A stretch of DNA of 64,000 bases from the human T2T-CHM13v2.0 reference genome, Homo sapiens, in NCBI RefSeq assembly GCF_009914755.1, contig NC_060926.1. The stretch is one strand, 5' to 3'. The notes below the pieces were generated by a model, which saw only the letters and a list, made by a program, of their open reading frames with translations, did no database searches and was not told where the DNA came from. Position 1 is the first letter of the stretch; every line of letters begins with the position of its first letter. Both the position numbers and the translations under genes were made by a program. Of this stretch, positions 30,530 through 43,885 are shown one piece after another.

Positions 30530-33500
30530 TAACTGAATGCATAACTTTATTAAATAAATGCTTTGTCATGACAAAAGACAAAGATCAAGGAGTAACATAA
30601 ATTATAAGTTGAATAAATAGTATACAGCAATCTTCACTTTTTAAGAAAATGTGAGATCCTTTGTTGGTTTTTTATTTCCTTAAGTACAAAATGCTAAACG
30701 GGAGCCGAGCTCTTCCGCATTCAGGTGTTTTTTTTTTTTTTTTCGGCTTTTTTTTTTTTTTCTCACAAACTGGTTGCATTTGTTGATTTATTTTTCCATC
30801 CTTTTCACCAGTAAAGATTATCATCGTTTATTTTTGTTTTTAAAGTTGAAAACAAAAAAGAGGAGAGAACAGAGTTATGGTATGAATGTATGTAAAACTA
30901 TAGAGAACTACAGTAATATGTACTGTGGTTATTGCTGTCTTCAAAAAAAAAAAGAAAAAGAAAAACAACAACAACAACAACGAAAACAACCGGTAGGCAA
31001 CTCGGAATCTGAAGGAATCTTGTCTGACAACTGTGCTATCCATGTGGGCTACGGTGTGACAGTGGCGGTAGAGAGGAGACTCCGGCTGGCGACCGGGGAC
31101 TGGTGGAGTGGGGTGAGCGGGCACAGGGAAGCTGGGGTCCCCTTCCCCTCGGACCCTCCCCACCTTCCCTTTCCCCATCCAAAAGGATTTCAGGAGAGGA
31201 GGCCAGAGTCTGTGAAATGACTAAACTATATACTCCATTAGAAAACCAAGAAAGTATGTTTGAAATAGAAACAAAAGCCTAAGAGAAAATAAAAAGTGGA
31301 GAAACAGTGCAATGTAATTCTTGCACTTTAGTGGTTTTAAAAACACAGACAGTACAAGGCCCAGGTTGCTGGCTGGTGAAACCCCTGTCCCTCGTCCCTC
31401 CTCCACTTTGCAAAACGGAGCCTCCTTTCTCTTGGAAGCCAGACATATCCTCTCTGACGCTATGGGGTTTCTTCTCCTTAGAGCTCTTCTCTGAGGTTCC
31501 CATTCTGGGCCGGAGCCCTCTCAGGAGTGAGTGGATGGGTCCGGGGTACTGTCCCACCTTGAGGGGGGCTTGGCGGTTGCCGTGGCAGCCCTGTCTCACT
31601 AACCGGTGCGTGGCGGGAGCAGGTGGTTGAGGCCCACCCTCTAGGGGAGGCCAGCCCTGTGGGGGTACCATGGAGGCCACAGAGGTGGTGGTGGGGAGAT
31701 GGGGTGGGAGAGAAGGGGCATGATCAGAAAAGGGCCTCCCTGGACCTCGTGCGCCTGCCTTCCTCCCCTCATGGGGCCAGTGTCCCCAGGCCTGTCTGTC
31801 TAGGCCTGGCTGTCAAAGAAAGGTTCCAGTCTCTTCCTCCCCATGTGCCCTGCTTTGCCAGGTGGGTCAGGGCAGGCTGGAGGAAGGAGGGTCAGTCCTG
31901 GCTGGGCTTCCCTATCTCCTGGCAGTCGTGGGAAAGACAGAGGCATCTTCCTCACTGGTGGAGTGAGGCACGAATCTAAAGGGGATGGGAAGACCTTCTG
32001 TGGGTGTGAGCATGGGAGTGGGCAGCACTTAGATTCGGAGCCATGGATAGTCCGGAGTCCAAGGTCTCTGGGTGAGCAGACAGTCGGCCAAAGGCCAGCC
32101 TGGAGTCAAAGAGACCAGACCCCTGCTTAGATTGCCATACTCGCACCATTCCAAACCTGCCTCCCTCACACCCTGCCATGGGGGAAGAGGTGCCGTCTTC
32201 CTCCAGTGCCTCCCTTCCCAGGATCTCCCCACCCTGGGCTCAGCCAGAACTCCCATTTGGGAGGCTTAGTTCCATGTGTCCATGAAGGCCCAGCTTCTCT
32301 GGGGAGTGACCAGCTGCCCAGGAGAAACTCCTGCATGCAGAAGAGACTCACAGGTTTGGGTTCGCAGGCACGAACTTTGGAAACCGGAAGAGTCTGGCGC
32401 ACTTACACCAGGCTCTAATCCCCCACCTGATGGCTGGCAGCAAAGAGCCAACGCAAGGGGCAGAAGCCTGCTCAAAGTCCAGACACAGTCCGTGAAGAGA
32501 GAGCCCCTCTCAAGAATTAGGTCCAGGCTGGGAGGAATGTGGGGGGAGCTTGTAGTTCCTGGCTCAGTCTTTTCTCAGGGGAGTGGCACCCCAGTATCCA
32601 CTTGGCAGATCCTAGTTGGATAACTGCTCAAGATGCAAAGGGAGAATGGGTGGAAAGAACAGTGACGTGGAAGAGGTTTGGGATACTGGCCTAAGACATA
32701 CAGAAACGTGAGTTGGGTTTAGGGGACAGCTGTGCAGAGAGATGGGGCATGCTGACTCGGCAGGTCAAGGCCTTGTGGCTGCTGGCCCTATCGGGCCCCT
32801 TTGTCTCATGAAGATTGAGCACTTCTCCTGTCCCCAGCCAACTGTCCTGTCCAGGGGCATAGGAGATAGCCCCCAAGTTCTATAGCTATAGGGTTCCCAT
32901 CAGTTGAAACAGATTTGCTTTTTCGCTATTCCTCTTCGTAGCCCCAAATTCGTTGTTGGAGGCGGTCTCCGCTGTGTCATGCCATGAGCAAAGAGTGAAG
33001 AGAGCTGTGTCCACAGCACGAAGGGGTCTCCTTGGCCAGTGTCCAAGCCCCCTTTCCTGGATATCTTCAGCCTTAAAGAACAGTCACAAGGCCACCCATT
33101 GGTTGAGGAAGTCATTGGAGAATGGGAGTTTCGGAATCTGGCTGCCGAGTGACAGCATCCCTGAATCATGCGTTCCCTGCTTGTCCCAGCTTTCCTTCCA
33201 TCCTCCACCCCAGGGAGGATGCAGGGACTGGCCAGAATGGAGGAAGAGCTGGAAAGACTCGTGGGCCTCAGTCCCTCATTGCAGGCTGAAGGTGGGCAGC
33301 GGAGCACATAGTCTTGTCCCTTCCAAAGCATGGCCAGTTTAGACTGATTCTTCCTATCTGGCTTCTAAAGTCTAGCACCCTCCTAAAGTTACTCACCTTC
33401 CCTGGCTCTGCGGCCTGGATTAAGCTCATTTCTATTTTGCAACCCATTCCCCCATTTTCCTCTCTTTCCTCTCAAATCCTAGAAAATACATATGGTGGGG

Positions 33501-35175
33501 AAGCTAAGGAAATTTCTATTGGCTTTTCCCCCTTTCTGCTGCTTTGTGCCAAAGCTAGAATGGAACAGTCAGCCCCCTCTCCCTTCAGCCCTCTGTTCCT
33601 CCCCACATCGACTCTGGCCGGAACCATCCATCTTACTGTTCTCCTGCATCTAAACCTTTTTGCCACCATCTCCCTCTGCCATCTCTTACTTCAGTCTCCC
33701 TCCTGCTCTGCCAGCATGGAGAGTGAGGGAGGCTTCCAAAAATGCACATTCTGTTCAGATGAAAGGAAAAGGCTGGGGTGGGACTGGTGGATCCATCGTG
33801 GACCTGTTGGGCTCATGTGGTGTGGTGTCCGGAGACTGTGACTTCCTGAGGGTTTAAAGACTAAAATGGGATGGACTGAGGCGCGTGCTGTGTGCACCAC
33901 GGAGGGCTGGCCTCTGCCTGGCTCGGTGGGTGCAGATGAACACACGTGGGGAATCACTGTCAAATCCAGTACTGTGCCCCACAAAAAAGCTGAGTTTATT
34001 GCTCACGGGAAACTCTGCCTCGAGGCAGGCAAAAATGCTATTACGGGTTGTATTAGGAGAATATGGGTTTTCTCAGTTTTCCCAGAATGAGGAAGCTCCT
34101 CAATGCCCCTATAGGAACTACTTTGAAAAGTTAATGCAAACCTTTGAAAGAAAGGAAGAAAGAAAAAAACAAAGAAAAAGAATAGATTTATATGCCTATA
34201 TATGACTATATGGAGTCCTGTAGATAAATACGAGCCCACTTTTTTTTTTCAGCCTATCCTCCCCCACAGAGGCTGCTGCGCTACTTACAAATTGAATTAA
34301 ATGAGGGCTGAAACGGCACGCTTCAGCATGTACTGTAGTCACCGTGGAAGAACAAGTCTTTCCAATATTGGGGCATGTATTGATTTCTAAAAAATGTCTG
34401 CCTGGGGAATGAAATATGCACATGTATTTCATATTCACAGATCTGCTTCCGAAAACCTCTCTATTTAATATCACTCAATTATGAATTTGTTTTGCTTTCA
34501 GAGGAATGGAATGCATTTTAGTTTTTATAAATTTGGGGAGAGACAACACTCTGCCCAGGTAAGAGGAGAGGAAGTTCAGGGGTCCAGCTGTCCATACTGC
34601 TGGCTAGAGGAGGAGACAGATCCGGGAGAGGTCCTGGAGTGTTTTGCCTTTTCCTTTCTCCCCCTGACCAATCCATCCTGGGAAACCCCAATAGTGTCAT
34701 TGATTGCCACATCCTGGGCTGCATCTTCTAGCGCCCACCTCTCCCGACCCCAGGCCAGGGCTGGACGTGAAAGTTGGGCCCCTGCCTGGTCTCGGTGCAT
34801 GTCCTTCCTGCCCACCTGCTTGTCTTCCTTTTCCTAACTCTATTCGTCTTTCTCTCTCTTCTACACAAACACTTCCTTCCCTTCTCTTCCTCTCGTTCTT
34901 CCTCTCTTCCCTTCTCTGTTCATCCAACTTGCCTCAAAAAGAAAACCATTTAAAGGGGGGGGGTGTCTTTTTAGCTTTTTGCATCTCTGTTGTTGCCATT
35001 TTCGAAGTTGAGCCCTTGCTAGAGATTCCGAGGTCCTCAGTTTCCTCAAATAGATAGATATATATTTTTCCCTTAAATGAGATGAAATGAGTGGCGTCCT
35101 GGGGTGGAGGGAGGCGCTGGCTGGAGTCGGGGCTGGGGGTGGGAGGGGGTGAGGGAAAGGTTGGGGGGGGACGCA
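30530..35175 (-). other. IGFBP5: IGFBP5 long 3' UTR (~4.6 kb, end approximate)
   Basis: Alu-free stretch from the stop codon to the distal AATAAA (tttatt 30546-30551); fits the known ~6-kb IGFBP5 mRNA. Confidence 0.85.
30546..30551 (-). terminator. IGFBP5: IGFBP5 distal poly(A) signal AATAAA
   Basis: tttatt on +; last of a cluster of AATAAA hexamers, where the AT-rich UTR end gives way to GC-rich intergenic DNA. Confidence 0.8.
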
Positions 35176-35307
35176 TCACTCAACGTTGCTGCTGTCGAAG
35201 GTGTGGCACTGAAAGTCCCCGTCAACGTACTCCATGCCTGGCAGCTTCATCCCGTACTTGTCCACGCACCAGCAGATGCCACGCTTGCGGCCACGGGAAG
35301 GTTTGCA
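35176..35307 (-). CDS. IGFBP5: IGFBP5 exon 4 coding part
   Basis: cag| acceptor; CKPSRGRKRGICWCVDKYGMKLPGMEYVDGDFQCHTFDSSNVE then TGA (tca at 35176-35178). Exon total 337+230+120+132=819 nt = 272 aa plus stop. Confidence 0.98.
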   Translation of the reverse strand, partial: CKPSRGRKRGICWCVDKYGMKLPGMEYVDGDFQCHTFDSSNVE

Positions 35308-35529
35308 CTGGGGTGAGTAGAGCAACAGGCGGTGAGGACGGCCGCACCCCAGGGCTCTGCTCCTCCCTGCCCTGCCTCTTGTCTACCCCAAGGCAAGACT
35401 CTCATCCCCAGAGAGTTGAGGGCACTAGACCCGACCCTTGGGTTTCTGGTGTCCCCATTTCACGGAAAGACCCAGGGAAAATGTGAATTTAGGCAGCCTA
35501 CCCTTGGCAAGCTCCTTCAATCCCTTTCT

Positions 35530-35662
35530 TTCCTTTTTTTTTTTTCAGACATGGGGTCCCGTTATGTTGCCCAGGTTGGTCTAAAACTCCTGAGCCCAAG
35601 TGATCTTCCTGCCTCAGCCTCTGGAGTAGCTGGGATTACAGGCGTGAGCCACTGTGCCTGGC
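35530..35662 (-). mobile_element. FLAM/Alu left monomer in IGFBP5 intron 3
   Basis: Single ~130-nt monomer with poly-T; tatgttgcccagg...ctgagcccaagtgatc. Confidence 0.8.
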
Positions 35663-36536
35663 TTATAGTCCCGTTTTAAATATTACCCATTTGAGTTCCC
35701 CCAACGTGAAACTCTGCAGGGATTCTCAAGAGAGTTATGATCCAATAATAATGATGATGGTAATAATAATAACAGAAGGAGGCATGATTTGTGGTGTTAT
35801 CATGTAGTAGACACCACTCAACGTTTGGTAGGCAGTAGGTACTGTTCTAAGTGCTTTACAAAGACCAATCACTCACTCCTCATTCACCATTTTACACAAG
35901 GGTCTGGAGGCACAGAGACATTAAATGGTGAGTAACAGGACACAGCTAGTAAGTGGCAGAGCCAAGATTTGCCCCAGTGTGGCCTGGCTCTTACATTTAG
36001 ATTATTGGTGCCCTTAAAGCAGCATCAGGGTCACGTGTCCACCCCGGAGTCCACCCCAGGTCTACCAATCAGAAACTGCAGGGGTGGGGCCCAGCCATCA
36101 GCCATGCCCTCCAGGGATAGGATGCCCTTGGAAATCTAAGAACCATTGCCCAAAGGAGAGCCTGGCTGTGAAGGGACATGAACTGATTTCAGGTGGTTCA
36201 CAGAGAAAATATGGTTTAAATTCCTGAGTGTGCGGTGCACCAATGATACGTGCTGTGCGATAGTGTTACAGAGTTACCTTTTGCAAGGAATTCATGTAGC
36301 TAAGGCGACCTGTGGAAAGCATAGTGGATTACCGCATAGGAGAGAATGAGGAAATGGATTACAGCATAGTAGGGAATGTGGAAAGTCATGATCGTGGTAT
36401 ATGAATGGGTATCTGAGGCCCAGGAAACACTAAGTGGTTAACGGTGGAAACCTTAGGCACTTGCCCAAGGTGGAGTTTCCTGGCAGGTGCCATTTTTGGA
36501 GCAGTCTGAGCCTGGAGCTCAGGGCAGGGGACGTAC

Positions 36537-36656
36537 CTGCTTTCTCTTGTAGAATCCTTTGCGGTCACAATTGGGCAGGTACACAGCACGGGGCACCATG
36601 CGTGGGCTGGCTTTGAGCTCCTGCAGGGAAGCCTCCATGTGTCTGCGGCAGGGGCC
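36537..36656 (-). CDS. IGFBP5: IGFBP5 exon 3 (thyroglobulin type-1 domain; first half of basic NLS/heparin-binding motif)
   Basis: acag| acceptor and |gtacgt donor; 120 nt; GPCRRHMEASLQELKASPRMVPRAVYLPNCDRKGFYKRKQ. Confidence 0.98.
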
Positions 36657-37274
36657 CTGTGTGGACAGGAGGGTGAGAGGCGTGGCGAGACCAAGGGAAA
36701 ACCACCCAGCTGCGCTGACGAATGGCCCAGGGGGTGGGGGCTGAAGGGTCTCTGGAGGAAAGTCACCACCTTTGGTTCTAATCATCTGCTACCAAAGATC
36801 TTTCCTCCCTGTCACCTGTCACGTGCGCTGGGATCATACAAAGCCTGCCTTTGGCCAGGTACGGAGTCATACTTTCTCTTTTGTGTTCCAGTCCACCCCC
36901 TCCCCTGCAGCTTTTCTCTTCTGCTGAGTAACAATGTCCAGAGGTGCCCATTTCTAGATGCTCTAGGAGAATATTCAGTCTCTGCCTTGGACTGGACACA
37001 GCTGCAGGGCCCAGGTACCTGGTACGTGGCCGCTGGGCTGGCACACACTCTCCTCAAATGAGCACCGCCTCTATTCCCACTTACTTGCACAAGCCCTTGG
37101 CCCTGACAAGTGTATGCTCTGGAAACTCTACTCCCACGTCCTAAGCTGAGCCACATGGTGGGCTGTAGGTCCTCTGCTGGGTCTAGTCTAGCACCTCCTG
37201 CCGCCATGAATGTCCATTTAGATGCAGGAAAAGGTCAAAAGCTGGGAGGGAATGAGGGAATCCCCGAGATGCAC

Positions 37275-37504
37275 CTGCTCAGACTCCTGTCTCATCTCAG
37301 GTGCAGAGATGATCCGGGGGTGGGCAGTGTTCTCGGCTCCCCCGACAAACTTGGACTGGGTCAGCTTCTTTCTGCGGTCCTTCTTCACTGCTTCAGCCTT
37401 CAGCTCGGAGATGCGGGTGTGTTTGGGCCGGAAGATCTTGGGGGAGTAGGTCTCCTCGGCCATCTCAGAGGTGGTGGGCTCCTCGTGCTCACGGGAGTCT
37501 CTCT
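37275..37504 (-). CDS. IGFBP5: IGFBP5 exon 2 (linker domain)
   Basis: ctgcag| acceptor and CAG|gtgcat donor; 230 nt; (E)RDSREHEEPTTSEMAEETYSPKIFRPKHTRISELKAEAVKKDRRKKLTQSKFVGGAENTAHPRIISAPEMRQESEQ. Confidence 0.98.
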
Positions 37505-40500
37505 CTGCAGGAGAAGGAGCCGGAGGGTCAGCCCCCGTGGGCCAAGGTGCACACGGCCAGAGCCCAGGGCTGGGCAGTTTGGGGTGAGGGGAGTAATAAA
37601 GGCTGAAGCAGATGTGTCTCTGCCCTCCTGGAGCACACCCTGAAAGCAGGGGGATAAGAACCAGGAAGCAGAGGGAATGCTCATTTAAGTGGCAGGAAGT
37701 TTCTGGCATGCTTGGAGTCAAGCAGAGAGTGCAGGCAGGGAGGCTTCACAGAGGAGGAGAATCGAGAGACTGACAGACTGATGGGTGAGGACGGAGCAGG
37801 CCTTCTGGGGGCAGTAAGGAGGAAGGGCAAGGAAAATGGCCTCTGCAAGGATGAAGGTGGCAGCGAGCGGTTTGCTTGCTGGGGGATGGCCAAGTAGATG
37901 GGACATGGCTGGAGGTGGGGCTGAGAAGTAGGAACCCGGGAATCTGGGCCCATGGAGGCAGATGACACAGTCAGGGCGTGGACGAGAAGGGCAAAGGCTG
38001 TCCTGTTAGTGAGATCTTTGCACTTTCAGAGCTGCTGGATGTTGAGGTCTCTTTGGACCTGGGGAACCTAGGAGGAGGGGGTCCTGGGGTCTGGAGCAGC
38101 AGGGTGGTGAGGACCTTCATAAGCGGCAGGAGGAGGGGAGGGGAGAGCCAGAAATGTAGGCCCGGAGGGGACCGGCGTGGGGCCAAGTGGAAGTCGGAGG
38201 CCTTGCTCCTGCTCTGGCTCAGAACTGGCGCGGTGCTCGGGGGCCTGGGAGGCTGGGACGTTACTCAGCTCTGGACTGAGAGAGGCCGACAGCTGGCTGA
38301 GACCGGGACAGTTATATATAGGAGTGGCTTGCTGACAGTCTATACTTAGCTGGCTTTTGACCTTTAGAGAAGTCAGACTTTGTTGATGTATTTGTTGATC
38401 CTTAATTCCACCCGTCCGGCCTTTTCTTGGTGCGCAGTTTTCCCCTAAATTCTGATCTCATAGGCATCCATCCCTGGGTCCCCTTCTCCTCTCAGATCCT
38501 TGACCTCCCCCAGCCTCAGAGGAACCAGAATGGGGGAACTTTAGATTGTTGTTTCCAGGCGGGCAGCGTGTGGCCAGGATGCCTCACAGTGGGACCAGAT
38601 GCAGGGGTGAGTGGAGGTGGGGGGCCCTGTCTTCATTGCCTCCCTCTTTTTTCAAATACTGGAAAGAGAAAATAGAGCTTTGAGTGACCTTAAATAACTG
38701 AAATGAGGTGAAAGAAAATTCTGTTCTCCATCTACTCCATGATCACTGGGATGTCCAGGAACAGTGACCGCCAGACATCTGGGATGGGGAACAGAAGAAG
38801 TGGGTAGAATTCCAGGAAGTGGGGGTGGGGTGCAAGGAAAGAGAAGCTTTTTTGAGAAGACGCTGTTTTATGCCTCTGGGCAGGTATAGAACCTGACTTC
38901 TGAGCTTGCAGCCCTGGGCAAGTTCCAGGTGTGAGTTAGGAAAGGCATTTGGACACCTGGCCTAACCTGGGCAGGATGGCAGGTGGCAGGAAGCACCCAA
39001 GCATCTGTTTCTCTCTTGGCTCAGGATTTGTCAAGTCTAATGAAATAGGTATCTGGTCTTTAAGGCCTTGGCAGAGAAGGTCCCTGCCCTAAAGAAGCCT
39101 CCAAAGGTTCGCAGCGTTCCTGGTGGTGAGTTGCTTTGGGTATTTATTCACAGGAAAGGAAGGGACGTAATTACTGGAGAGGAAGATGATGACTTGGGGA
39201 AAGCAAATAGCAAGGTGGTGGGTGGGCTCTCCCTAAATAAAATTCAACCTGAGAATCCTGGTACCCCTTCTGGACTCTCACCCCCTCTTCCCAGTCATGT
39301 CTTGATGTCCCAGTACCTCGATTCTGCTCTATCAGACCCTGCTGTGACGACTCATCAATAGGGTGACATCTCTGGTAGGTGGAATGCAGGATTCTAGGGA
39401 TTAGTTAAAAGGGTCATGTTCTGGGGTAAATTGACTTTTCTTGGTTGTAGCGCAAGTGAGATTGGCAGGAGGAAGGGAGAAGCATGGCTGGTTTGGGGAC
39501 TTTGTACAAATTGAAAGGCTGGGGCTCCGTTATCTAGTAACACAGGCCTCACGCCAAGGCTCAGATCTTGGAGAAGAGGGAGTAGGGAGAGGGAGTGCTA
39601 ACCATTGCACAGAAGGGCTTTTGGGCACGTCTTATGGAGGGACTGGAGCCGTGCCACTCAACCTCAGCATCACCACGCATTTTAATCCTCAAAAAGTAGT
39701 TGACTACTGTAGGGGGAGGGGCAGACAGGATATGGTGGCTACTGAAAGCCTGGAGGGGGTTCAGATTGGAGAAGCCTGGACCCCTTCCTCAATCAAGATT
39801 GTAACTGGATAAAGTGAGGGCAGGTGGGGGAGTGGGCTGGCTGCTGACCAGCGCATGCGTCTATGCGTCTCCTTCAGTGGGCTGCCCCAGCCTGGCCTGG
39901 AGAGCCAACACATTGTCACCTCTTCAAGGGGAGACAGCCTGGGAAGCTGGCTTCTCTCCTGTGGCTGGTGTAGCAGTTCCTGGAATCCTTTCCGTAGGCC
40001 ATTTAGTCCATCCCCCTGTGTCCAAGCAGAAATAAGCATCTATCTCTCTAGTTCTTAAGGACATCTGAAATGGGGGTGCCATTCCATCCTCCTCTGGCTA
40101 CCTGTTGGGGGAGGCTCTGTCCATTTGGTCAGAGGGTGCCCTTTTCCAGCTGTCATTTTAGCTTATTCTCTCTTTGGCCTTGGGGGACACAGAAGCATGG
40201 TGGCCCACAGCCTTCCCTCAACAGCTCTTCTCAAGACCTTTCACCTTTTGGGACTTTTTCTAAGAAGTGCTGTGGGCTGTCCTTAACCTTGAGTCACCCT
40301 TTCTGGGAGGGGGATGGGGCTGTTGACAACGGTTTGATAAACCTTGGGGTAAATTTATTTTGACCTCTCTTACTCTTTTCTTTGAAAGTGTTCAAGTACT
40401 GCCCCGGGGCCAAGCAACCATGATACTGGCATACAAAATGTAGATTCTTGTATCTCTCTTCATTTAAGGAACTCAAAATGCTTTTGCAAACTCTCTCCTT

Positions 40501-41065
40501 TTCCCAGCCTCCCCAAGGCAAGTCTCCTGAGGGCACACCTTCCCCAGCTTTGCAAGCTTTTTGGCTGCTTCTGAAGAGCAGGCTTAACATTTTGATGTGC
40601 CTCCTGGTTTCTGGTGCCACTTAACCCCATGGGACCTATTCCTTAGGCAGCAGCAGAGTCCAGTGTCGAAGATACTAATCAGGGTCTTGTGGTCACCTGT
40701 AGGCTCCAGAGAGACAGCGGAAACTTGGAGGGGAGCCAGGGCAGAGCCATGGAGATTAAAGGGCTGGAAAGTAAGACTGGAGCTGAGTGCCAGAAGCAGC
40801 CAGCCCGACTCAGCTGCTCTGTGGCTGAGTCATAAATAGGCTTTCAATTGTGGAAGGCTTTGCGTTTTAGATAAAACAAGAAGGAACAAGTAGACTGGCT
40901 ACTCTGGAGCTATTTCATCAAGAGAAAATGAACTGAGGTTGCAGAAGGGATCTAGGCAGGATACCCGGGAGGACTTCCTGGTGAAGATTGTTCTGCACGT
41001 GAACAGCAAAAGAACTCAACAGTCTGCTCTGGAACCTGTTTGACAAACAGGTCAATATCTCCATG

Positions 41066-41083
41066 TGGCCAGCAGAGGGCGTG
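41066..41083 (+). promoter_or_regulatory. Candidate CTCF motif (forward orientation) in IGFBP5 intron 1
   Basis: TGGCCAGCAGAGGGCGTG matches 13 of 14 core positions; binding not demonstrable from sequence. Confidence 0.5.
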
Positions 41084-41092
41084 GGAGACTGA

Positions 41093-41813
<721 letters not shown>

Positions 41814-43426
41814 ATCTGGAATTTGGGTGCCTCCCTCTCCTACTTCTGCAATAATCATTCAAATAAATCCCTTCCTTCTGTTTGTGTGTCTGCAGGATAT
41901 ATTTAAAGAGTCAGGGAGACAAACAAGCGAGGCCCGGAGAGAACCCATGTGTGGGAGAGTGAAGGCAGGTGAGGGAGAGGGGAACAGGGCTTGTTTGTGC
42001 ATGGCATTCTGCTGTTTCTGTAACCTCCAACTGGAAAATGATCCAGGAAGGAAGAGAGACATATTCCAGACTTCCCCGCCCATGAGATGCTGTTCTGAGA
42101 GGTTTTTGCAGAGGATGGGAAATGTGGAATGCTCAGCATCCATTTCTCCTGCTGGGATCTATGGAGGCCAGACCTTACCTTCATAACCCTATTCAATGAC
42201 TAAGGGAGGGGATGATGATAATATTATCTGGATACAGTATTTACCTTTGGGGTGGGATCTAAATCTCTGGCTTCTATATAATACCTCCAGTCCTTCCCAC
42301 TGGCTCTCCAATGCCTCTGGCCCCTGCCACATTTGGGTGGCCAACTCAGTCCTCTTTCATTCATAAGGAGTTCCCCATACACCCCAGTGCAGCAGCATCC
42401 ACAGAGGCACACACAGTACATCAGCCTCTCCCCATGGTAACATGAACACGTGTTTGAGGATTGCACCATCCTCTATGTCCTGGCAAACACAGAGAGTGTC
42501 ATGATGCAAGCCCAGCTGCTACAGACCCAGAGGCATCTTAGGGTGAGAAATACTCCATGCTGCACAATTGCACAACGCATGTACCCTGCCCAAGCTCAAC
42601 CACTTTCTCCAAACCTGCCCTTTTGCCACGGCTGTTCTCTTCCAGTAGAGTCTGAAGGGTTCTGACTCCACCTTGCTTGCTGGTCACAGCAATGGATGGA
42701 TCCAGGAGACCTGCCTGCCTAAAATCTAAACCCCCCGCCCCCGGACCTCTTAGCCACACCCCGGTGCTATTAACAGCCTGTTCCTGGGCTGGTGTTAGTT
42801 TATCACTCTATCTCACTTGACCTAATAATCAATTGTAAGAGAAAACTAGGTGACCCAGATATTGTGCCTTAGCTTACAAAAATCGAAGAAACAGAGGCAT
42901 CCTTGAAATTCACAGTCCAGGAAGAGTGTCGGGCTTTGCCAGGCCACCCAGACCTGGGGAGATTCTCCCATCTCCTTTTCTAGACAGAAGATAAGATGAG
43001 GACGCCTAGAATCTCTCTACAAAGAATGAAAAAGGGAGCTGAATTTGTTCTGGGTTTCATTCTAGTCCCCCCTGTGGAATTTAAACAGCCAACTTCTTAC
43101 GGGCAGAGCTTTGTCATTTCTCTTTGTCTCACCAGCATATAGTATTCAATAAATAACCTTTAAATGGAGAGATGTGTAAATCTGCCCAAGAGGCAAAGAG
43201 AAGTAGGTCTGGAAGTATTTCTGTAATATAAGCTGGGGCTTAGAGCCCAGTGCATGCCTTGGGAGGTTATCTCATCCATGCTCCTGCCCTGGAGCAAGAT
43301 AACCCTGCCGCAGGGCACAGGGAAGCAGACAGATGAGCGTCATGGGTGTGAGAAACAGCAGGGGTGCTCCTGGATTCACTGGGCTTCTCTTTGGCCTAAG
43401 GCTACTATATATTAATGTACTACTTA

Positions 43427-43885
<459 letters not shown>

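Noticed and set aside
30774-35179. Many 60-175 aa ORFs across the IGFBP5 3' UTR
   Set aside because: Chance ORFs in GC-rich or low-complexity UTR with no homology I can recognise.
37110-37643. 177-aa + strand ORF
   Set aside because: Antisense shadow of IGFBP5 exon 2.
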